Shown one piece after another: positions 48,121-56,836 of a stretch of 64,000 bases of DNA. Positions within the stretch are counted from its first letter, which is position 1; each line of letters begins with the position of its first letter. The translations under genes were made by a program, and so were the position numbers. The DNA lies in assembly GCA_048270185.1 (NCBI GenBank), contig JBLWTJ010000001.1:1216001-1280000 (forward strand). The letters are read 5' to 3'. The DNA comes from Bacteriovoracaceae bacterium (GTDB lineage: Bacteria; Bdellovibrionota; Bacteriovoracia; Bacteriovoracales; Bacteriovoracaceae). The notes under the pieces were generated by a model. It worked only from the letters and a program-made list of their open reading frames with translations, was not told where the DNA came from and made no database searches.

Positions 48121-49215
48121 ATGCAGTTTAATAAGTTTCAACTTGGACTTTGTTTAGGTTCAATTCTTCTAACTAATTTCATACACGCAAAAGAACTTGC
48201 AGATGGTTTCGATCTTTATGGAAAGATTTCCATGGCATTTGTCGGACAAGATGGAACACAGTCATTAAATAATAACTCCTCTCGCTTTGGTTTTAAGTAT
48301 AAGAGAGATGACTTAATCGAGGGGTTCACCACTGGTCTTCGTGCTGAGTTTGGAATCAATACCAGCAATACGAGCCAGGAAATTCAGGGTTCAAGCGACC
48401 CTACTAATACGGGTCGCTTTGAAGTCGATAATACTAGCGACAAGCCACTCTCCTCGCGACTTTCTTATCTTTGGTTAACCAAGGGGGATTTTGAAGCGAC
48501 AATCGGAAAGAACTGGTCTATTTGGTATGATGTGACAGGGCTTACTGATATATTCATGATCACTGGTGCCTATACTTCCTCAACATATACTGCCAATAGC
48601 GAGATCATAGGAACTTCTCGTGCCGTTGATGTCTTAGAACTACGCTATAAACTTGGTGATATTTACTTTGGTGCGCAATATAAATTCACTGATGATATTT
48701 CTACTGATTACGACTCAAATGGAGATGGAACAAATGATGCCACACTCGTTCTTGAAAATTCATTTGCGGCCTCGATTCGTTATATGAGAGAGAATTTTAT
48801 CTTTGGCATTAGTGCTATTAACTTAGAATCAAATAATAACGGATCAAAAGTAGATAAACTCTCAGTAACAGCTGGCACTAAATTCATCCACAAAAATTTC
48901 TTTATGGCAGTCATTTATGGTGACACTAAAGATCTTGAACTCATTGATGGACAATTTGTGAGAACAGATAATATCGAAGCCTTAGTTGGCTGGAAGCTAG
49001 ATAGTAATAACCAATTTATGCTTGGGTATAATTGGCAGACTTCAGATGAAATTGGCTATGAGGACTATGAAGTTGGTAAGTACATTGCTTCATATATCTA
49101 CTCTTACAGGGTCATGGAGTTTGGTATAGAAGTTGTTTATGACGATTCGACGGCCGTTAACGACAAAAAGCGAGAGGACCATCAGGTCCTCATTGGTGCA
49201 ACTCTCTATTTCTAA
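48121..49215 (+). CDS. Porin
   Basis: Signal peptide, LYGK, NNSSRFGFK, C-terminal GATLYF. Confidence 0.85.
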   Translation: MQFNKFQLGLCLGSILLTNFIHAKELADGFDLYGKISMAFVGQDGTQSLNNNSSRFGFKYKRDDLIEGFTTGLRAEFGINTSNTSQEIQGSSDPTNTGRFEVDNTSDKPLSSRLSYLWLTKGDFEATIGKNWSIWYDVTGLTDIFMITGAYTSSTYTANSEIIGTSRAVDVLELRYKLGDIYFGAQYKFTDDISTDYDSNGDGTNDATLVLENSFAASIRYMRENFIFGISAINLESNNNGSKVDKLSVTAGTKFIHKNFFMAVIYGDTKDLELIDGQFVRTDNIEALVGWKLDSNNQFMLGYNWQTSDEIGYEDYEVGKYIASYIYSYRVMEFGIEVVYDDSTAVNDKKREDHQVLIGATLYF

Positions 49216-50354
49216 TAATGTTCAGGTGGAACTTTTTTGAAAATGAAAGCAGGGATAACACTTGAGACAAGTGTGTAAATCACAAGTCCCGAAACAATTT
49301 CCAATGGAATATCGAATCGCTCTCTTGAAATCTGTGCCATAACTAGACCGAAAATAAGTGTCGGTAGAAGTGATACCGTGATTTCTTTACGATCAGGCCA
49401 GAAGTCTTGCATAAAAAATTTCATATTCGAGTATGTATTGAAAATTCTTAGTGGAATGAAAACTGCTAAGAAGATAACTCCAATAATAAGTCCCTTTTGA
49501 CTAAATAAATCTTCAGTAAATCCTATCCCCGCTTTGAAGAAATAAAATGGAATAAAGAATGAGAAGAACATTTGAAGGTTCTTTAGAATCTCTTCTGACT
49601 TTTCAGATTTTCCAAAATGCTTAAACTCCGATGCAATAAACCCGACAAGGAATGCACCAACAAGATAGTAAGTACCAATTTTCTTTGTAATAACACCGCA
49701 TACAAGTGCCGTAAGAATTAGAAATCCTACTTCAGAGTCTTTAGCGTATGGGGCGATATATTTGAAAAAGAATTTATATGAGAGAGGAAGTAGGACACTT
49801 AAAGCAATTAAAACGAATGTAGAACTTCCAAGGCTTGCTACACTCTCTGATTGCAGTGTGATAAATAACAGTAAGATTGCAGAGATCTCCTTTGCAATGG
49901 CCTTTGAACGAATCCAATACTCTTGTCCTTCTGAGAATCCATAATTCTTTAAAGAATTTAAAATGAAGCCTGTAGAAGGAGTCATAATCCCGAGTGCAAT
50001 TAATGTTGCAGGTCTAAATCCAATATTAAAAAACTGTGAAATTGCAAAAGCAACAACAAGAGTTATCGCCGCATTTTGAAGAACCCCAGACATGAGCTCC
50101 TTCCAGTTTTGCTTGAGTTCTTCAAATTCAACTTCAAAACCAGCAAAGAGAAATAATGATGTTATCCCAAGGCGTGATAACATAAGAAGTAGGTCATCTC
50201 CCTGAAACCATCCGAGTCCGAGTCCTGCCCCAATCCCTAAGAAGATGGAAGAGATTCCTATTGGAATCTGAAATCTTAAAAGTAGTTTTGGAAGAATTAG
50301 AAGTATAGTGAATAGAAGTAAGTATTGTATTTCACTATTAGCAAGATTTATCAT
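49212..50354 (-). CDS. Cation:proton antiporter (CPA family)
   Basis: LGITSLFLFAGFEV, GAFLVG, FIPFYFFKAG; about 12 TM helices. Confidence 0.8.
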   Translation of the reverse strand: MINLANSEIQYLLLFTILLILPKLLLRFQIPIGISSIFLGIGAGLGLGWFQGDDLLLMLSRLGITSLFLFAGFEVEFEELKQNWKELMSGVLQNAAITLVVAFAISQFFNIGFRPATLIALGIMTPSTGFILNSLKNYGFSEGQEYWIRSKAIAKEISAILLLFITLQSESVASLGSSTFVLIALSVLLPLSYKFFFKYIAPYAKDSEVGFLILTALVCGVITKKIGTYYLVGAFLVGFIASEFKHFGKSEKSEEILKNLQMFFSFFIPFYFFKAGIGFTEDLFSQKGLIIGVIFLAVFIPLRIFNTYSNMKFFMQDFWPDRKEITVSLLPTLIFGLVMAQISRERFDIPLEIVSGLVIYTLVSSVIPAFIFKKVPPEHY

Positions 50355-51970
50355 TAAAGTCTCTCCATGTACTCATTATAATTTCCAGGAAAGATTCTAA
50401 CCTCTCCCTTATCAACTTCATAAACAGTCTGCGCTAATTCACTTAAGAAGTGACGATCGTGGGATACGAACATAACAGTTCCTTCATATCTCTTAAGAGC
50501 GTCGAGAAGAACTTCACGAGACTTAATATCGAGGTGGTTAGTTGGCTCATCCAGAATAAGAAAATTATTATTTTGTGATAATAGGACGGCCATTACTAGA
50601 CGAGACTTCTCCCCTCCAGAGAGGTACTTCACCTTCTTATCAACTTCTTGACCTCTAAACAAGAAGGCCGCAAGAAGGTTTCTAATATATCCATCACTTG
50701 CCGTTGGCAGATCCTTTCTCACTTCATCAAAAACTGAAGCTTCTGGATTTAAAACCTCTAGTGAATATTGAGAGAAGTAGCCAACTTTAATACTTGGACC
50801 GATGGCCACACTTCCTTTAGTTACATCAGTGTGTCCAGTGATACATTTTAAAAGTGTCGACTTACCAGCACCATTTACTCCAACGACAGCAATCTTATCT
50901 GTTCTCTTTACCGTAACAGAAAGCCCGTCAAATACATCATGACTTGAACCATCAGACAGAGGCCATGACTTTGCTAGATCTTTTATAATGACGACATCAT
51001 CGCCACCTCTTGGAGGAGTTGGAAATTGAAAGTTAATTGTTTCTTCTTCTGTCGGAACTTCAATGCGATCAATCTTATCGAGTTTCTTTACACGTGATTG
51101 AACTTGAGCGGCATGAGATGCACGGGCCTTAAACTTGGCAATAAATTCTTCTTCCTTTGCTAGCATATCGGCTTGACGAGAAGCTTGTGCAATTAATTGC
51201 TCACGACGAATATCTCTTTCTTTCTCATAGAAGTCATAATTTCCAGAATAAGTCGTAATTCTTTTATGAGCGATTTCAATAATCTTATTACATACATTAT
51301 TCATAAAATCGCGGTCGTGGGTTGTCATAAAGATCCCACCTTTGAAGTTCTTAAGCCAATCTTCCAGCCAAAGGATCGATTCCATATCAAGGTAGTTTGT
51401 CGGCTCATCCATTATGATAAGCTCAGGATTGATTACGAGTACTCTGGCCAGAGCAATACGCATCTTCCATCCACCAGAGAAGTCTTCAATCATCTTTCCA
51501 TGATCAACTGGCATAATCCCAAGACCAGTTAGAACTTCTTCAGCACGTGTTTCAAGGTCATAGCCACCACGTTTTTCAAACTCAGACTGAACATCCCCCA
51601 TTTTCATTAGGACATCATTCATCTCGTCATCTGACATATTTGCACAGTCAGCAAGCTTGTCTTCAAATTCTTTTAGTTTTACACCAAGTTCAGTAATTTT
51701 CTCGTCCCCTGACATAACAACTTCACGAGCTGTTTGCCCGGCCATCTCACCAACTTTTTGCGAGAAATAGGCCCAACGTAATTTATCGGGAAAAGAGACT
51801 TGTCCCTCATCAGGCTTCTCTTCTCCAATAATCATGCGAAACAGAGTTGTTTTCCCGGCACCATTTGGTCCAACAAGTCCTACTTTCTCCCCTGGGTTAA
51901 TTTGGAAACTTCCACCAGAGTAGAGAGTCTCACTACTTTGGATTTTAGATATATTTGAAACATTTAACAT
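50354..51970 (-). CDS. ABC-F family ATPase
   Basis: Two ABC domains (GPNGAGKTT/FSGGWKMR/DEPTNYLD and GVNGAGKS/LSGGEK/DEPTNHLD), no TM helices. Confidence 0.93.
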   Translation of the reverse strand: MLNVSNISKIQSSETLYSGGSFQINPGEKVGLVGPNGAGKTTLFRMIIGEEKPDEGQVSFPDKLRWAYFSQKVGEMAGQTAREVVMSGDEKITELGVKLKEFEDKLADCANMSDDEMNDVLMKMGDVQSEFEKRGGYDLETRAEEVLTGLGIMPVDHGKMIEDFSGGWKMRIALARVLVINPELIIMDEPTNYLDMESILWLEDWLKNFKGGIFMTTHDRDFMNNVCNKIIEIAHKRITTYSGNYDFYEKERDIRREQLIAQASRQADMLAKEEEFIAKFKARASHAAQVQSRVKKLDKIDRIEVPTEEETINFQFPTPPRGGDDVVIIKDLAKSWPLSDGSSHDVFDGLSVTVKRTDKIAVVGVNGAGKSTLLKCITGHTDVTKGSVAIGPSIKVGYFSQYSLEVLNPEASVFDEVRKDLPTASDGYIRNLLAAFLFRGQEVDKKVKYLSGGEKSRLVMAVLLSQNNNFLILDEPTNHLDIKSREVLLDALKRYEGTVMFVSHDRHFLSELAQTVYEVDKGEVRIFPGNYNEYMERL

Positions 51971-52124
51971 TGATTTAAATCTCGCTCTCAGTACTGAAGT
52001 AATTTTATCTATTTTAAAATTCTACATGATGAGGCCAAAATTGTCTTTAAGATTTAGCCTATAGCGCAACATATCAATCCAATAAATCATTTTTTAAATT
52101 GCGATTTGAACGTATAATCAAGCC

Positions 52125-52955
52125 ATGCAATTAGAAAATATCTTTGTCGATTCTCAAGGTGATATAAAAAAGTCTGTTTATGTCTTATTTATTATCATTC
52201 TCTTCTACCTAGTAAACCACATCGTTTCTTTTACTTTAAAGAAAACTCATTCTGTGACAACAGAGGCCAAACGCCGCTATGTTGTTAATACAAATATTGG
52301 GCTGACCTTATTCTTCGTTATTATTGTCCTCTATATTTATTCAACAGAACTTAAGAATTTAGCTTTTTCACTAGCGGCCCTAATGGTTGCTATAGTTCTT
52401 ATAACAAAAGAAGTTTCACTCAATATCATGGGTGGTATTTATAAAACTTTCTCTGGTGGATTTATTATTGGAGATGCAATTGAAATTGACGGTAAGCGTG
52501 GTAGTGTAATTGACCGTGATCTTTTCACAACAACTCTATTAGAATTTGGTCCCAATAAGAACTCACACAACTATACTGGTAAATCAATTATCATTCCGAA
52601 CTCTGCTTTTTTAACAAGCAAAGTAACAAATGAAACATTTTTAAAATCTTTCGTTCTCCACACTTTTAGTATTTCACTTGCTCCAACAGATGACTGGGAG
52701 AGAGCTGAGACGATACTATTGGAGCGATCAGAATTCTATTGTTCGGAATACTTTGAAGTGGCCCAAAGAGCCTTAAATAAGCTATTTACAAAGTCTCACT
52801 TAGAGACACCTATTCTTAAGCCACGTGTTCAAATCAATTTCGTCTCACGTGAGGAGATTGAGCTCAATGTTCGTATCACAGCGCCTTCGAGAACAAAGGG
52901 CTCTGTCGAGCAACGTATTATCAAAGATTTTATGCGCGAATTTTATCAAAAATAA
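52125..52955 (+). CDS. MscS-family mechanosensitive channel
   Basis: Three TMs, IGDAIEIDGKRGSV, IIIPNS. Confidence 0.85.
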   Translation: MQLENIFVDSQGDIKKSVYVLFIIILFYLVNHIVSFTLKKTHSVTTEAKRRYVVNTNIGLTLFFVIIVLYIYSTELKNLAFSLAALMVAIVLITKEVSLNIMGGIYKTFSGGFIIGDAIEIDGKRGSVIDRDLFTTTLLEFGPNKNSHNYTGKSIIIPNSAFLTSKVTNETFLKSFVLHTFSISLAPTDDWERAETILLERSEFYCSEYFEVAQRALNKLFTKSHLETPILKPRVQINFVSREEIELNVRITAPSRTKGSVEQRIIKDFMREFYQK

Positions 52956-52982
52956 AAAAGCCTTCCACACGGAAGGCTTTTT
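52954..52982. terminator. Bidirectional intrinsic terminator
   Basis: A6-GCCTTCC-ACAC-GGAAGGC-T5. Confidence 0.85.
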
Positions 52983-53010
52983 CATTATTTTCTATTGTTA
53001 ATTTTAAATA

Positions 53011-53376
53011 CTAAGAGGCCATATCATCATAGTCCATCCATGCATCGTTCGGATCAAGGATTTCCATATCTTTGTGTGGCATTTTCTTTTTATTTAGCAT
53101 TTTCTCTTTCTTCTTTTGAACTTGCTTTTCAATCTTAGCAACAACAAGGTCAATGGTCTTATAAAGACTGTCAGAGTGCGCTTTAGCGTGGTAGTCAAAC
53201 TTCGGACCAAGAACTTCCACTTCTGCGTAATGCTCGCGACCATCCTTAACTTCACAGCTCCACTTTAGATGAAGATTTCCATCAAGGTACTTTGCAATTT
53301 TCTCGGATTTCTCTTGGATTCTCTCATCAAGTGCTGGCGTATGATCAAGGTGTCTAAAACTTACTGTTACTTTCAT
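53011..53376 (-). CDS. hpf: Ribosome hibernation promoting factor
   Basis: RHLDHTPAL..I.EK, SLYKTID..KIEKQ; downstream of rpoN. Confidence 0.9.
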   Translation of the reverse strand: MKVTVSFRHLDHTPALDERIQEKSEKIAKYLDGNLHLKWSCEVKDGREHYAEVEVLGPKFDYHAKAHSDSLYKTIDLVVAKIEKQVQKKKEKMLNKKKMPHKDMEILDPNDAWMDYDDMAS

Positions 53377-53446
53377 AAAATACGTTCTCCTCTATAGTAT
53401 GGTATCTTAGGACTGACCTATCGGAAGGTTTTCCCAAAATATCGAG

Positions 53447-54898
53447 CTATTTTACTTTTCTTTTTGATGACGACAAAATCCCAAGCATTTCTCTATACTT
53501 AGCGACCGTACGTCTAGCAACTTGCACATCCTCCTGACTCAAAAGGTCGGCAATCTTCTGATCTGATAACGGCTTCTTTGCATTTTCATTATCGATAAGT
53601 TCTTTGATTTTTAGCTTCAGAACTTCACCGGCAACATCGATTCCACCTTTATCTCCACCAATTCCGGCATTGAAAAAATACTTTAATTCAAATAAACCGA
53701 TTGGTGTGTGCATATACTTATTAGAAGTAGCACGTGATACTGTCGACTCATGTACTCCTAATTCATTAGCAACATCTTTTAGTACCATCGGCTTTAAATG
53801 CTTCGGCCCCTTCTTAAAGAATTGTTGCTGTTTTTTTACAATTGATTTTGCGACAAGATCAATTGTACGTTGTCTCTTATTTATAGACTTAATTAGCCAT
53901 AAAGCCGACTTAAGTTTTTCTTCTACGAAATCTTTAGCTTCTTTATTCTTTAACGATTCAGCTTGATTAAGCATATCCTGATACATTTTAGAAATTCTTA
54001 ATCTTGGTACACCATCGTCATTTACCTGAACAACGAACTCTCCACCAATTTCAACAACAAAAACGTCAGGTGTTACATAGTGAGTGTCCCCACCACCAAC
54101 AAGACGTCCTGGCTTAGGATGAAAGTTATGAAGTAACTTTGCTGTTTCAATAATCTGCTCTTCACTTACTCCAGTGTCCGCAGTAATTTTCTTATAATCT
54201 CTATTTTTTAAATTAGTTAAATGAAAGCGAATAATTTTTTCGAGAAGTGGTGAACGCTCTTCTGCAATTCTTGCTTGGGCAAGTAGACAGTCCACAAGAT
54301 CTTGGGCCCCACAGCCAACAGGATCAAGTCTCTGAACAATTTCTAAAATATGAAGAGAATGTTCACGATCGAGATTCCCTCTTTCAATAAGTTCATCAAA
54401 TGCACATGAAAGATAACCGTCATCGTTGATATTTCCAATGATCTCAAGAGCAAAATTGATTTCTTGATCATCAAGGTTTTCCATACGAAGTTGCCATTCA
54501 AGATGTTCAGCAAGAGACTCACTCTTGGAAACCATATTCTCGTAATTAGGCATATCATCGGGACTTAGAGATGGTGCGGCCATATTTGGTTCATATGTTG
54601 TTGAGTTATAACTATCAACATATTTCTGCCAATCAATATCGTCGCCATTGCTCATCATGGCCTGTTCTTTAAAATCGTCTGAATTTGCTTCTTTTGCTTG
54701 TGCCTCTAACTTATCTAATTTGTAATCACCTTCACCTGGAGAAAACTCTTCAAGCATCGGGTTCTCAACCATTTCCTTTGCAATAACATCAGTCATTTCA
54801 AGGTGGCTTAATGTTAGTAACTTAATCGCCTGCTGAAGCTGCGGCGTCATCACGAGCTGTTGAGATTGACTTAGATTTTGTGAAAGTTTAGTGGCCAT
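53447..54898 (-). CDS. rpoN: RNA polymerase sigma-54
   Basis: MTPQLQQAIKLL, HESTVSRA, RpoN box ARRTVAKYR. Confidence 0.97.
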   Translation of the reverse strand: MATKLSQNLSQSQQLVMTPQLQQAIKLLTLSHLEMTDVIAKEMVENPMLEEFSPGEGDYKLDKLEAQAKEANSDDFKEQAMMSNGDDIDWQKYVDSYNSTTYEPNMAAPSLSPDDMPNYENMVSKSESLAEHLEWQLRMENLDDQEINFALEIIGNINDDGYLSCAFDELIERGNLDREHSLHILEIVQRLDPVGCGAQDLVDCLLAQARIAEERSPLLEKIIRFHLTNLKNRDYKKITADTGVSEEQIIETAKLLHNFHPKPGRLVGGGDTHYVTPDVFVVEIGGEFVVQVNDDGVPRLRISKMYQDMLNQAESLKNKEAKDFVEEKLKSALWLIKSINKRQRTIDLVAKSIVKKQQQFFKKGPKHLKPMVLKDVANELGVHESTVSRATSNKYMHTPIGLFELKYFFNAGIGGDKGGIDVAGEVLKLKIKELIDNENAKKPLSDQKIADLLSQEDVQVARRTVAKYREMLGILSSSKRKVK

Positions 54899-54944
54899 TT
54901 TGGTTCCTTATTTTCATAACCAGGCCTATCTTTTACTAGCCTAG

Positions 54945-55679
54945 CTACATTTTAAATTCTTCACCAAGATAGAACTTCCTTGCCCTCTCGTTGTTTACAA
55001 TATCTTCCGGTGTCCCACTTACAAGTAATTCTCCACTACTCATAATAAACGCACGATCAACGACTCCTAATGTTTCTCTCACGTTGTGGTCGGTGATTAG
55101 TACACCGATATTTCTTCTCTTCAAGCTGTTAATAACATTTTGAATATCATTAACTGCTAACGGATCAACTCCAGCGAAGGGTTCATCAAGTAGTACGAAT
55201 TTAGGCTCTAATGCCAGTGTTCGCGCTATCTCAACTCTCCTTCTTTCCCCACCGGAAAGAGCTGAACCTAGAGATTTTCTTATATGTCCAAGTCCAAAGT
55301 CTGCTATCAAGTTATCAAGAAGGGTTTTCTTCTTGGCCCTTGGTAGATCTCGGTTTTCAAGTACCGAGTAGATATTGGCCTCAACCGTTAAATCTCTAAA
55401 GATGCTGGCCTCTTGTGGAAGATAACCAACGCCTTTTAAGGCCCTAATGTGAATTGGCTCCTGAGTTAAGTCCTCTCCTGAAAGATCAATTGTTCCTTCA
55501 TCGGCTTTAACTAGGCCTACCATCATATAGAACGATGTTGTCTTACCAGCACCGTTTGGGCCGAGTAATCCTACAACTTCACCTTGCTTAACATCGATGG
55601 AAACGCCTTTAACGACTTCTCTTCCGCCGTAGACTTTCTTTAAACCATGAGCTGATAATTGAGCGACTTCTTCTGTCAT
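54945..55679 (-). CDS. lptB: LPS export ATPase LptB
   Basis: GPNGAGKTTSFYM, LSGGERRRVEIAR, DEPFAGVDP, TDHNVRETL; lies upstream of rpoN. Confidence 0.95.
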   Translation of the reverse strand: MTEEVAQLSAHGLKKVYGGREVVKGVSIDVKQGEVVGLLGPNGAGKTTSFYMMVGLVKADEGTIDLSGEDLTQEPIHIRALKGVGYLPQEASIFRDLTVEANIYSVLENRDLPRAKKKTLLDNLIADFGLGHIRKSLGSALSGGERRRVEIARTLALEPKFVLLDEPFAGVDPLAVNDIQNVINSLKRRNIGVLITDHNVRETLGVVDRAFIMSSGELLVSGTPEDIVNNERARKFYLGEEFKM

Positions 55680-55683
55680 GCTA

Positions 55684-56670
55684 TTACCTTATTTTAAAAT
55701 TCGTATTAGCATCATCAACTTCAATGGTCTCGATGTCACGCCTAAGAACAATGGTATTTCCTTTTAAAACGTCCTTCTTTTGATAAACCCTCGGAAGACC
55801 TAGCAGAATAACTTTATCCTCTGCCATGAATCCCTCAAGTCTCTCACTAAAGGCCTTTCTTTTAAAAGGCGGTTGTTCCTTAGGTGAAACAGTTTCCTCA
55901 ATGACCACATCGTCATAAAGTGCATAATACTTGAGTTTTTTATTATAATTATCTAGATAGATTTCGCCATTTCGGGCACTTGCAACTAGTTGAGATTTCT
56001 TGAATTTTACGTTTCCACTCAAGTTGGCATTGCGATTGCTCTTATCAACAATAATTGAATTGGCCTCAAACTTGACTGAGTCTTCATAGGCCCTCGCTCT
56101 TTGTACCTTCCCCTCAACATTTCCATCATAAGTAACAACTTCAGATCTAAGGTTGTAGCTAAGCTCGTCGGCCTTCACTTCAATCTCATAAGAACTATCA
56201 AAGCCATTTGATTTCGAATGGGTTTTTCCACGAAATGTGACGACTTGCGAGTTATCTGAATAAGACATACTCTCTGATTGAATACTTAACTCACGATCTC
56301 TTAAAGTTACCTTTCCTCTTAATGACATATTCTTATCAACAGAATTAATAACTCCCGTCAAGGCGTCATAGTACATTGGTTGGGCCTTATAGCTATTGAT
56401 TAAAACACCATTTGGATCAGTGAGAATGAGAACATTTGTCGATAAGTTTTGTGATACCTCGGCCGCATCAAGGTGGTAGCGAGCATCCTTTTGTGTCATC
56501 TTAAAGTACTTAACATTCTTAAAATAAGAGTAGATATCCTGTTCGAGAAGCTTGCTCATACTCTGGTCCAATTCAGTCGTGTCATACTTCATGAACATAC
56601 CAATATATGTCGAAGTCACGGCCGCAACCAAAAATAACCAAATAGAGAGATGTTGAGCAACGCTAAGCAA
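55684..56670 (-). CDS. LptC/LptA (OstA-like) LPS transport protein, probable fusion
   Basis: N-terminal TM helix, repeated L.G.V / F.G / Y.GNV beta-jellyroll patterns, LptA-like end (LLGLPRVYQ..DVLKGNTI); upstream of lptB. Confidence 0.7.
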   Translation of the reverse strand: MLSVAQHLSIWLFLVAAVTSTYIGMFMKYDTTELDQSMSKLLEQDIYSYFKNVKYFKMTQKDARYHLDAAEVSQNLSTNVLILTDPNGVLINSYKAQPMYYDALTGVINSVDKNMSLRGKVTLRDRELSIQSESMSYSDNSQVVTFRGKTHSKSNGFDSSYEIEVKADELSYNLRSEVVTYDGNVEGKVQRARAYEDSVKFEANSIIVDKSNRNANLSGNVKFKKSQLVASARNGEIYLDNYNKKLKYYALYDDVVIEETVSPKEQPPFKRKAFSERLEGFMAEDKVILLGLPRVYQKKDVLKGNTIVLRRDIETIEVDDANTNFKIR

Positions 56671-56836
56671 AAAAACATTCCTTCAAGTAGTGTAAATAAT
56701 CAACTATTTACGTCCTTATATAATACTGCAAAAGCCTGCGTCATGCCAATTGTAAGTATTGAAGTCTTTTCCATTGGTGGCGATTTTGGTAGAGTTATTC
56801 ACTCAAGAATACACGCACAATTAAGGAAACAACAAG

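Noticed and set aside
56733..56749. Sigma-54 promoter TTGGCATGACGCAGGCT (minus strand) before the lpt-rpoN operon
   Set aside because: GG-N10-GC spacing holds, but the -12 TTGC is poorly matched; too weak to call.
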